From contig JAUCBJ010000160.1 in NCBI GenBank assembly GCA_032718475.1, positions 1 through 64,000 on the forward strand: a stretch of 64,000 bases of DNA. The letters are read 5' to 3'. Made by a program: the position numbers and the translations under genes. The notes below the pieces were generated by a model, which did not search any database, had not been told where the DNA came from, and was given only the letters and a program-made list of their open reading frames with translations. The DNA is from Nemertoderma westbladi. Taxonomy: Eukaryota; Animalia; Xenacoelomorpha. This document shows, piece by piece, positions 19,107 through 31,300 of the stretch. Within the stretch, counting starts at the first letter, position 1. The number at the start of each line of letters is the position of its first letter.

Positions 19107-19226
19107 ATTTAATTTATCTCTTTAACTGTGCAACTACTGTGTATATTACTTTACCTGTGTAACAATTTCTCTCTGTATTTTTGTAACTAATTATCTCCTT
19201 ACCTGTGTAACTATATCACTGCTTAC

Positions 19227-19375
19227 CTGTGTAAATATTCCTTTCGTTGTTGGCTCCATTGTAGTTGTTGTAATAGGTGTGCCACCGTAAGTTTGGGGTG
19301 CTTCAGCTGTTGATGTTGCCTCATTTAGCACAGCAGCAACATTAGATATAAACTGACTGGCATTACGAACACTCC
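19227..19375 (-). CDS. Exon of a polycystin-1/REJ-like host gene (last seen in window)
   Basis: TTATAG| ... CAG|GTAAGC; phase 1 to 0; GSVRNASQFISNVAAVLNE... continues in frame from 25587. Confidence 0.75.
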
Positions 19376-19392
19376 CTATAACATATCAAAAA

Positions 19393-21526
19393 GACTTAGT
19401 CTGCGTGCTAGCAGAACAACGAAATCTGCCTTGCCGCGGCATGACTGGTCCTCTCTGTTGCAACAGCCAAGTGTGAGATCCAGCTTCACACTACAGCTGA
19501 GCAACAGGTATGAGGCAGATGCGGCAGATCACTGTGAGGGCTATACTGCCTTTACAGAAGCAGTTAAGTTAGCAGCTGCAGAAACAGTTCCTGTATACCC
19601 TCGAAACAGGAAAAGGGCCCCCTGGACTGACAACAAAATTCAGAAGTGCCGAAATGACCTTCATAAGGCGCAGAAAGAGTCCCGACTCAAACAGACTACA
19701 GCGGCCAAGAATGCAGTTAAGGCTGCATCTAGGTCCCTGAACAGGCAGTACTCTGCTAATCTACAGGAGGTAATAAACCAACAGGTTGATGCCATCAATG
19801 ATGCTGACGACAGCAGGCAATCAATGGTTGGAAAGCCCACTTTGAAAAGCTCCTCAATAATGACAGGGTATTGCCTGATAACTTTATAGAAGTAAAAGTG
19901 TCTGAGTCTGTACTCCCAGATATTCCCATTGGCGATGTCTCCTTTGCAGAAGTGAAGGCTGCTGCAAAGAGCATTAAGACCAATCGTGCCAGTGGAGTAG
20001 ATGGTGTTCCCCCTGAGGTCTTTAAAATACTTGAGTGTTTAAAGCTCATCTATCGCATCATAGTAGACATGTACCGAACAACAAGAGTCCCACAAGAAAT
20101 GAAAACAAATAAGTTGGTGCCAGTTCCCAAGAAGGGCAACCTAACACTCTATGGTTCTTTTCGGGGAATCTCATTGATCTCGATTGCTGCAAAGCTATAC
20201 AATAGGATTCTATTAAATCGCATCAGGGATCCCATTGAGAGACTGCTCCGTGGAAATCAGAATGGGTTCCGTAAAGGTCGTGGAACCATGGAGCCCATTT
20301 TGGCACTTAGAAGGATAATTGAAGAGTTATCAAAAAAGAAAGACAGGCATCTGGCTGTTATCTTTGTTGACTTCTTCAAGGCCTTTGATTCAGTCTCTCG
20401 CTCACGTATGTTCAGCATACTTTCATTATATTGGATTCCTGATGAAATTATTGCAGCAATCAGATCAGTATACGATGGTTCGACAACATTTGTGTCTACT
20501 GTTGACGGTGACACAGAACCATTTGAAGTGTTATGGGGCGTCCTCCAGGGAGACACACTTGCACCATTCTTGTTCATTATTGTGGTTGACTATGTTCTAC
20601 GCATGTCCTTAGATCATTATAATGATGATGGGGTGATGATAACTCCACCTAATGGCTCCAGAAGTCGAGGAAATCCTGCCAAGTACCTAACTGATCTAGA
20701 CTTTGCTGATGACTTAGGAGTACTCTCAGAATCATTAGAGGGAGCCCAACGGCTCCTCAGCTCATCAGAACATGCTGCTTCTAGTGTTGGTCTTTTTATT
20801 AACTCTAGAAAGACCAAAATTCTGAAAGTTAACTTTGAAAGTCCTCAGTAAGTCTCTGATCGGATGAGCATAAGCTCAAAGGATGGTATGCTTGAGCATG
20901 TGGACGACTTCTGTTACCTGGGATCATGGATCCGGAAGTCAGGTGAGGACCTTCGAATACGTAAGGGAAAGGCATGGGCAGCCTTGAATAGGCTTTCCAG
21001 GATTTGGAAGTCACCGAGAATTAATCGGAAACTTAAGGTCCGATTATTTAGAGCAGCAGTAGTTCCAGTACTCCTCTACGGGAATCCATGCTGGGCTCTA
21101 ACTGCTGAGGACACCAAATCTCTGGATGGCACATTCACAAGAATGCTACGCCGGGTACATTGTGTCAAGTACAATGCACACATCTCCAACCAGACTCTAT
21201 ATAACATTGGAGGGGTCTCATTGGTTCCCCCAAGCTTGACACTAGAACAAAATCGCCTCCGCTTTGCAGGACATTGCTTTCGCCGTGAGGACCAGCCAGT
21301 GCTTAATCTTGTACTTTGGCAGCCTCATGGAGTGAATAAGCATGGTGGACAGCCCATGACTTTCTTGAGACGCATCTTAAAGGACACTGGCCTTAAAGAT
21401 GCGGATGATCTAGCAAATGTCATGGGTGATAGGGAGTTGTGGCGGTGCAATTTCGTTGACAAGCCGGCACAGCATTCTTAAAAATGCAGCTGCAATGCAG
21501 CATGCCGATCCTAGTAGTAGTAGTAG
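19393..21526 (+). mobile_element. 5'-truncated RTE-like LINE with disrupted RT
   Basis: RT motifs QNGFR, FVDFFKAFDSV, GVLQGDTLAPFLF, LDFADD, RLRFAGH; frameshift near 19830-19870, stop at 20849; (TAG)n tail; 16-bp TSD TATAACATATCAAAAA at 19377-19392 and 21527-21542. Confidence 0.9.
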
Positions 21527-22155
21527 TATAACATATCAAAAACGATGTAGAATACCGGTAGTATTAATATATTATATTATTTAAATATATATCTTATTTA
21601 AATGATCAAAGTTTTCATTTAAAAGTTAATTTTCTAAATGCTAAATCGTGTTGGCTAAAACTGTTTATTTTTCAAAAAGAAAGTAAAACTTTGTTGTCCA
21701 GCTCTTTAATCCGCCTTTTTGAGCTAATTAAATTAATAATTACTAACGTAGATCTGGAATAAATAATTCGAAATCAACAAAATAAATCTCTGGATCGTTG
21801 TTTGGATATAATTATTAATTTCTTGGAAGAAATATTATAACTTTTTTTCACTACACTCGAGGAATTTTATTACGGAACGCCAGTGAAGGGTCGAGAATGA
21901 TTGAAAAAATATTCTATGATTTTTCTTATTCTTATTTTTTCCAAAATAATAAAAGTAATTTAAAAATAATTTTCCAAAGTAATACGTAATTTGAATCTTA
22001 AATTGGTACTTTTTGTTGCTCAATTCTTTAATAAAATAATAGCGATATAGTGTTACAAAATAAATTGAACTGCGGTATTTTCCTATATTGCTTCCATAGT
22101 TACTGCGATTCAAATTACTGTACTCTTCAACTCCTATAGTCAGGTCGCTTAGCAA

Positions 22156-25062
22156 GTTAATGTGGACGTTTTGGACAAACTTCCCATAATTGGAATAGGT
22201 GTAGGTAATTATCATACCTTTAATTTTTTAAGGGGAATCAACTTTGCAACATTATTTATCGGTCCCATCTTACCATGACAACAGGAGGTCATTTACAAAA
22301 GTCCACTTTCCAATAAACCTTCAGTCTTCTAACCTTAACCTACCCCCCATATATCAGCATCAGAGATTCCATTGACGTCATTTGTAAAACCCGGTTGCCA
22401 TGGCAACTGTTTCAAAAATGAATTTCAAACGCCGATTTTCAGTAAATATCCGAAAAATATAAAACCATTGATTAATAATTTTTGCCCATTTGGAAAAATT
22501 ATCTAACATTATAAATATATTATCCCTGAGACCCTCTTGATTTCTAGTAGTGGATCAATTTAAATGGACCTGTGGTAGTCATGTAACCATGGTCACAAGT
22601 CACTAAATATACTCTGCCAAATGTAATATAGTTCCGAACTATCTAAAAAAAAATCAATTTTGGATCTAGTGTCTTACATGTTGCCAAGTCCAGACAATTA
22701 CTTTCCGACCATTCAAGTTTGTCTCTGTTGCCATGGTGACCGATAACATTTGGAATGTGGACAAAATATTGAATAAAACATGTTCAGTTTACTTCAACTT
22801 TGATCATATGCACATGTCTTAGTTCCTCATTACGCAGTAGAGGTCTATTACCACTAGAACAGTCAATATAGTTACCATAGCAACGGGTATGTTTCATTAT
22901 TTATGCACTTCCGCTTTCTTATTTTTTTATACATTTGGAAGATAATAATTTTCTTGATTTGCAAAATATATATCTGGGGTCTATCATAGCTATTTTTTAA
23001 TTATACATAATTACTCATGACCATAGCAACGGGAGATTTCCATCTTATACACTAATTGATAGGTGGAATTTCTCAAAATTTTGTGAAACGGAACGTTTTT
23101 GACAGCAATAACAAGATTTTTTCTTAGAGTGTTACATATAGAGGCAATACATCCTTAGCAACAGCGATTTTTGCATAGCTACGAGGAATTTTGCTCTAAT
23201 TTTGTAGATTTTCGCGTAACTACGACGAATTTAGTATTTATCAAAGCAACGTAATGTTTATATAGCTAGATAACAATTAATAAATCTATTAAAGTTTTTC
23301 GCATTGACATTTGCAAAGTTCTGTACACTTCCAATTTGCAATTTTGCAAGCACATCCATTGTCACACCCTTTCTTACTCTTGCAAGCACACTTCATTAAT
23401 TCCTTTGGTTCCTATGCTTTGGAAGCAATTGGAAGTATATTCCAGACAGGATTCCAAGATTGTGTTTCATCATCAAGTGACCATTCGAAATTATCGCTGG
23501 TACACATTGGTCACTCTTATCGCTGGTACACTACATTCCTGCCTGGTAGGGTTCACGGTGGAAAGGTTCACGGTGGAAAGGTTCACGGTGGAAAGGTTTA
23601 CGGTTGTAATTTATTATAAGACCAGTGAATTACAACATGTGAACGAATTAAGGAAGGTCCAAAAAACTTTAATAGATTTATAAATTGTTATCTAGCTATA
23701 TAAACACCACGTTGCCCAATATACCAATACCAATAAATACCAAATTCCAATAAATACCAAATTCGTCGTAGTTATGCAAAAATCTACCAAATCAAAGCAA
23801 AATTCCTCGTAGCTATGCAAAAATCGCTATTGCTAAGGATGTATTGCCTCTCATATGTAACACTCTAAGAAAAAACTTGTTATTGCTGTCAAAAACGCTC
23901 CGTTGCTAAGATATGTTCCAGGTAGCTATGGTAAATTCGTCGTTGCAATGTAAAACGTACCGTCGCTATGCAAAATCCGCCGTTGCTATGGAAAGCATTA
24001 TACTGATGCAGGAAACTTGTTTTTGCTTTGAATACCATATGAAATACTTTATGGTTGCTATGGAAAACCTATGTTGCTATGCAAGTATAGTAAGCAAACA
24101 TAAATTAATTTTGAAATTTTTGTCCATAATATGTTTCTATATACATTTTGAGAAATTCCACTTATCAATTAGTGTATAAGAGGAAAATCTCCCGTTGCTA
24201 TAGTCATGAGTAATTATGTATATTTAAAAAATAGCTATGATAGACCCCAGATATATAATTTGCAAATCAAGAAAATTATTACCTTCTAAATATGAAAAAA
24301 TAAGAAAGCGGAAGTGCATAAATAATGAAACATATCCGTTGCTATGGTAACTATATTGACTGTTCTAGTGGTCATAGACCTCTACTGTGTAATTAGGAAT
24401 TAAGACATGTGCATATGATCAAAGTTGAAGTAAACTGAACATGTTTTATTCAATATTTTGTCTACATTCCAAATGTTATCGGTCACCATGGCAACAGAGA
24501 CAAACTTGAATGGTCGGAAAGTAATTGTCTGGACTTGGCAACATGTAAGACACAAGATCCAAAATTGAATTTTTTTAGATAGTTTGGAACTATATTAAAT
24601 TTGGCAGAGTTTATTTTGTGACTTGTGACCATGGTTACATGACTACCACAGGTCCATTTAAGTGGTCCACTACTAGAAATCAAGAGGGTCTCAGTGACAA
24701 TATTTATAATGTTAGATGATTTTTCCAAATGGGGAACAATTATTAATCAATGGTTTTATATTTTTCAGATATTTACTGAAAATCGGCGTTTGAAATTCAT
24801 TTTTGAAACAGTTGCCATGGCAGCCGGGATTTACAAAAGACGTCAATGGAATCTCTGATGCTGATATAAGTGGGGTAGGTCAAGGTTAGAAGACTGAAGG
24901 TTTATTGGAAAGTGGACTTTTGTAAATGACCTCATGTTGTCATGGTAATATGGGACCGATAAATCATGTTGCAAAGTTGGTTCCCCTTAAAAAATTAAAG
25001 GTATGTTAATTACCTACACCTATTCCAATTATGGGAAGTTTGTCCAGAACGTCCACATTAAC
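22156..25062. repeat. Long inverted repeat / foldback element (non-autonomous DNA-transposon-like)
   Basis: Left arm ~22156-23299 is the reverse complement of right arm ~23662-25062 (right arm has ~240 bp extra near 23905-24145); ~360-bp spacer; no transposase. Confidence 0.9.
23550..23604. repeat. 15-bp tandem repeat (GGTTCACGGTGGAAA), ~3.6 copies
   Basis: Read directly in the foldback spacer. Confidence 0.9.
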
Positions 25063-25586
25063 CTTATTTTTGATGTTAGCTGGTTAAGCGGGGTTAAGAG
25101 GTTAAGCAGCTTTACTCAATGTTAAATAATTTAGTGTTCTCGAAAATTTATTACGTAATAATTAGTGTGCCGCTTAGCTACAGAAACCAATATTGGATAT
25201 TGAGTTCCGTTTTGGAGTTGGCCCCAACGCCTTGCAGACACGAACCCGATTTTGGGGTTTATTCGAATGAAAAAGTATAAGAATACGTAGAATAAGTAAA
25301 GATTAAGTAAATAAAGTAATAGAATAAAATGTTTTATTATCCGCAATTTTTGGGAGATTTATTGGGTAATTACTTTATTCTCCGTAAATAAGGACAGTAA
25401 AGCGGATATTTTAAAGAAAATTGTTTAATTAATTACTTGCTAGCTAGCTTCTATATAATAGTATCTCCACACGATTTATACGCGACCAATATCAAAAGAA
25501 ATATAAACAATTAATTATTCAATGACAATTAAAAATAGTGTTAGAGGTCGGATACTAGATAAAGTATGTCATCTTAACTGTCTTAC

Positions 25587-25704
25587 CTTCGTTCATTATT
25601 TTTGAGAAATTATTTGCAATTTGCTGGTCGAGAATATCTAGGAGACTATCCATTGCTTTAGCGGGGTCATCTGGAGAACTACCGTCGATTGTGGGTGAGG
25701 GAAC
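25587..25704 (-). CDS. Exon of the polycystin-1/REJ-like host gene
   Basis: TTGTAG| ... AAG|GTAAGA; 118 nt, phase 0 to 1; VPSPTIDGSSPDDPAKAMDSLLDILDQQIANNFSKIMNE. Confidence 0.8.
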
Positions 25705-25804
25705 CTACAACCAATATATTTGCTGAGTTAATTTTGATTCCGTTAGTTAACTGTAATTATATAGGGATGTTAATGATAGATTCTTTAGAGACATACAAAT
25801 GGAC

Positions 25805-26901
25805 GATACTCCAGAAGTCGAGGAAATCCTGCCAAGTACCTAACTGATCTAGACTTTGCTGATGACTTAGGAGTACTCTCAGAATCACTAGAGGAAGCCC
25901 AACGGCTCCTCAGGTCATTAGAACATGCTGCTGCGAGTGTTGGTCTTTTAAATAAGCAAACAGTCGGCCGAAGCCGGAGGCGACCCGAAGGCTCCTCTTT
26001 CGATAGCTGCTACCCGAAGGTAGGGGTGGGCGCTACTCCTATCCCAAGATTTGCTCCCAGTTATTTAACTGGTACTCATTTTATCGACCCCAGTGGATGA
26101 AAGGCTGAGTGGACCCTGGCGGGGCTGAACCTACAACCAATAGATTGCAGGCCCGGCGCTCAACAAACTGAGCTACCCCGCCGTTTCTCCAAAAAGACCA
26201 AAATTTTGACAGTTAAATTTGAAGTCCTCAGCAAGCCTCTGACCGGATGAGCATAAGCTCAAAGTATGGTATGCTTGAGCATGTGGACGACTTCTGTTAC
26301 CTGGGATCATGGATCCGGAAGTCAGGTGAGGAGGACCTTCGAATACGCAAGGGAAAGGCATGGGCCTGGGCATGCATTCCAGGATTTGGAAGTCACATAG
26401 AATTAATTGGAAACTTAAAAGGTCCGATTATTTAGAACAGCAGTAGTTCCAGTACTCCTCTAGGGGAGTCCATACTGGGTTCTAACTGCTGAGGACACCA
26501 AATCTCTCGATGGCACATTTACAAGAATGTTACGCCGGGTTCACTGTGTCAAGTACAATGCACACATCTCCAACCAGACACTATATAACATTGGAGGTGT
26601 CTCATTGGTTCTCCCAAGCTTGACACTAGAACAAAGCCGCCCCCGCTTTGCAGGACATTGCTTTCGCCGTGAGGACCAGCCAGTGCATAATCTTGTACTT
26701 TGGCAACCTCATGGAGTGAATAAGCATGGTGGACAGCCCATGACTTTCTTGAGACGCATCTTAAAGGACACTGGCCTTGAAGATGCGGATGATCTAGCAA
26801 ATGTCATGGGTGATAGGGAGTTGTAGCGGCGCAAATTTGTTGACAAGCCGGCACAGCATTCTTAAAAATGCAGCTGCAATGCAGCATGCCGATCCTAGTA
26901 G
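25805..26901 (+). mobile_element. Second, shorter and more decayed copy of the RTE-like LINE
   Basis: Aligns with ~20656-21520; short TAG tail; probable TSD TACAAA(T/C)GGAC at 25794-25804 and 26902-26912; interrupted by a SINE. Confidence 0.9.
25950..26182 (-). mobile_element. tRNA-derived SINE nested in the LINE
   Basis: Head GGCGGGGTAGCTCAGTTTGTTGAGCG...GGTTCAGCCC; centre ACTCAGCCTTTCATCC..GGTCGATAAAATGAGTACCAG resembles the Meta-type SINE domain (from recall). Absent from the other LINE copy. Confidence 0.8.
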
Positions 26902-27962
26902 TACAAACGGACACGAAGTGGGGCCTTCACGCAGCACGTGTCAACTTGGAAGAATTATAAGCCAAATCTAAGCAGATGTCACCTAATCAATTTACAACCT
27001 AGAGTCAGCCTGGATAACTGCCGACGATTTAAGACCAAAACTCAAAGACAACAACTCAGTCGGTGCCTTGTATATGTGCAAGGGATAAACCAGGAAGAAA
27101 AGATTAAAAATAGTAATTCAAAAAGCTGTAAGTTTCATTTTATACATTTATAAAATATATTCATTTCCGCCCACTAGCGGTAGATTGGAGAACTGCAGAT
27201 AGTTTACCGACTCCGCAAAGATATACGATGTGTTCTAAAACATGTCTCACAAGTTTCAGTTTAAACAGATAATAAATAACATAGAGTTTATCTTTAAGAT
27301 ATTTCGCCCTCTAGTGGCAGACTGGGCTTTGAAAAACACAGCCAATGGTCGCGTACAACTAATCACAGCTAATCTTCAAATCGACAGCTTTAAATCCGGC
27401 AACGCTATTAGCATTTCAAAATCATAACGACAACAACGACAATAACTATTTGCCATTATTGACCCACCCCCTTAACAGTTTCCGACAACTTCGTGGATCT
27501 CCCCACAAACGTCTGTCCAAAAGAAACAGAAACAGAAACAAAAAGCAAACGAACACACAAAGTTTAGGAAAATATCAGCTGATATTACTGAAACCTTTGT
27601 TCTATTAACCTTAGTTTATTATTTTGGTTGGAATAATGTGCCAGTGCCACTGTAACCTGCTCCTTTCCATTAATTGATAATTTAACGTTGAGACGAGATA
27701 TCAATAATTCGACGATATGGGATTTGAGTCTAGATATATCCCCATTTATGTCTCAGAGTATTGTGAGTTAAATTAAGAAGAAATTAAACACCCAGACGTC
27801 ATTTGTTGTCTAATTAATGTTTAAAGTCGGAACTGGTAGTCTCATTAGAGTTTCTTTCAAAAATGGATTATTTCCAATCCAAGATATCATAAAATATAAA
27901 TCTAAATAAATGAATTAATACAATATGAATTGAATTTTGCTTTTTATAACACACAAACCTAC

Positions 27963-28129
27963 CTGTATACTGCAAATGGAATTCACACTAAAAGCTCCGT
28001 GCGTATCGCCCACTTGCACAGACACGTTAACTGCGTAATTAAACTTTTTTTTTCCGGGTGGCATTCGAACAATTACTTCCGACTCTGAGCTGGATAAAAT
28101 CTGTTGGCTGGGACCAGGACTCCTGCTAA
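27963..28129 (-). CDS. Exon of the polycystin-1/REJ-like host gene
   Basis: TTTCAG| ... CAG|GTAGGT; phase 1 to 0; MPPGKKKFNYAVNVSVQVGDTHGA fits the REJ C-terminal pattern LPxG..NY...VxVxDxxGA. Confidence 0.8.
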
Positions 28130-28366
28130 CTGAAACACAAATACGATAGATATATGGATAAGGGGTAATAGTTTCTAGGCTCTTTATGATAGGTAAGGAC
28201 GATACTGAAAGTAAATAAATTAAGAATTGATAGGAAACTATATAGTACACAGGCCCTACCATAAAATCTAAAATAAACAATGTCTTATTTAAAAAAAATA
28301 ATATTATTTTAACTGTAGTTTTTGTAGAAACACTAGAAATAAAATGTATTTTTCTTGTATTTGTAT

Positions 28367-31300
28367 TCGTCTCTATAGATTATATTCTGTCCCACTAATC
28401 TATGTTGTCGTCTCTATTGATTATATTCTATCCTACTAATCTATGTTGTCGTCCTACTAATCTATGTTGTCGTCTCTATTGATTATATTCTATCCTACTA
28501 ATCTATGTTGTCGTCCTACTAATCTATGTTGTCGTCTCTATTGATTATATTCTATCCTACTAATCTATGTTGTCGTCTCTATTGATTATATTCTATCCTA
28601 CTAATCTATGTTGTCGTCTCTATTGATTATATTCTATCCTACTAATCTATGTTGTCGTCTCTATTGATTATATTCTATCCTACTAATCTATGTTGTCGTC
28701 TCTATTGATTATATTCTATCCTACTAATCTATGTTGTCGTCTCTATAGATTATATTCTATCCTACTAATCTATGTTGTCGTCCTACTAATCTATGTTGTC
28801 GTCCTACTAATCTATGTTGTCGTCTCTATAGATTATATTCTATCCTACTAATCTATGTTGTCGTCCTACTAATCTATGTTGTCGTCCTACTAATCTATGT
28901 TGTCGTCTCTATTGATTATATTCTATCCTACTAATCTATGTTGTCGTCTCTATTGATTATATTCTATCCTACTAATCTATGTTGTCGTCTCTATAGATTA
29001 TATTCTATCCTACTAATCTATGTTGTCGTCCTACTAATCTATGTTGTCGTCTCTATTGATTATATTCTATCCTACTAATCTATGTTGTCGTCTCTATTGA
29101 TTATATTCTATCCTACTAATCTATGTTGTCGTCTCTATTGATTATATTCTATCCTACTAATCTATGTTGTCGTCCTACTAATCTATGTTGTCGTCTCTAT
29201 TGATTATATTCTATCCTACTAATCTATGTTGTCGTCCTACTAATCTATGTTGTCGTCCTACTAATCTATGTTGTCGTCTCTATTGATTATATTCTATCCT
29301 ACTAATCTATGTTGTCGTCTCTATTGATTATATTCTATCCTACTAATCTATGTTGTCGTCTCTATTGATTATATTCTATCCTACTAATCTATGTTGTCGT
29401 CTCTATTGATTATATTCTATCCTACTAATCTATGTTGTCGTCCTACTAATCTATGTTGTCGTCCTACTAATCTATGTTGTCGTCCTACTAATCTATGTTG
29501 TCGTCCTACTAATCTATGTTGTCGTCTCTATAGATTATATTCTATCCTACTAATCTATGTTGTCGTCTCTATAGATTATATTCTATCCTACTAATCTATG
29601 TTGTCGTCCTACTAATCTATGTTGTCGTCTCTATTGATTATATTCTATCCTACTAATCTATGTTGTCGTCTCTATTGATTATATTCTATCCTACTAATCT
29701 ATGTTGTCGTCCTACTAATCTATGTTGTCGTCCTACTAATCTATGTTGTCGTCCTACTAATCTATGTTGTCGTCCTACTAATCTATGTTGTCGTCTCTAT
29801 AGATTATATTCTATCCTACTAATCTATGTTGTCGTCCTACTAATCTATGTTGTCGTCCTACTAATCTATGTTGTCGTCTCTATTGATTATATTCTATCCT
29901 ACTAATCTATGTTGTCGTCTCTATTGATTATATTCTATCCTACTAATCTATGTTGTCGTCTCTATAGATTATATTCTATCCTACTAATCTATGTTGTCGT
30001 CCTACTAATCTATGTTGTCGTCTCTATTGATTATATTCTATCCTACTAATCTATGTTGTCGTCTCTATTGATTATATTCTATCCTACTAATCTATGTTGT
30101 CGTCTCTATTGATTATATTCTATCCTACTAATCTATGTTGTCGTCTCTATTGATTATATTCTATCCTACTAATCTATGTTGTCGTCTCTATTGATTATAT
30201 TCTATCCTACTAATCTATGTTGTCGTCTCTATTGATTATATTCTATCCTACTAATCTATGTTGTCGTCCTACTAATCTATGTTGTCGTCTCTATTGATTA
30301 TATTCTATCCTACTAATCTATGTTGTCGTCTCTATTGATTATATTCTATCCTACTAATCTATGTTGTCGTCTCTATTGATTATATTCTATCCTACTAATC
30401 TATGTTGTCGTCCTACTAATCTATGTTGTCGTCTCTATTGATTATATTCTATCCTACTAATCTATGTTGTCGTCTCTATTGATTATATTCTATCCTACTA
30501 ATCTATGTTGTCGTCTCTATTGATTATATTCTATCCTACTAATCTATGTTGTCGTCTCTATTGATTATATTCTATCCTACTAATCTATGTTGTCGTCTCT
30601 ATTGATTATATTCTATCCTACTAATCTATGTTGTCGTCTCTATTGATTATATTCTATCCTACTAATCTATGTTGTCGTCCTACTAATCTATGTTGTCGTC
30701 TCTATTGATTATATTCTATCCTACTAATCTATGTTGTCGTCCTACTAATCTATGTTGTCGTCTCTATTGATTATATTCTATCCTACTAATCTATGTTGTC
30801 GTCTCTATTGATTATATTCTATCCTACTAATCTATGTTGTCGTCCTACTAATCTATGTTGTCGTCCTACTAATCTATGTTGTCGTCCTACTAATCTATGT
30901 TGTCGTCCTACTAATCTATGTTGTCGTCTCTATAGATTATATTCTATCCTACTAATCTATGTTGTCGTCCTACTAATCTATGTTGTCGTCCTACTAATCT
31001 ATGTTGTCGTCTCTATTGATTATATTCTATCCTACTAATCTATGTTGTCGTCTCTATTGATTATATTCTATCCTACTAATCTATGTTGTCGTCTCTATAG
31101 ATTATATTCTATCCTACTAATCTATGTTGTCGTCCTACTAATCTATGTTGTCGTCTCTATTGATTATATTCTATCCTACTAATCTATGTTGTCGTCTCTA
31201 TTGATTATATTCTATCCTACTAATCTATGTTGTCGTCTCTATTGATTATATTCTATCCTACTAATCTATGTTGTCGTCCTACTAATCTATGTTGTCGTCT

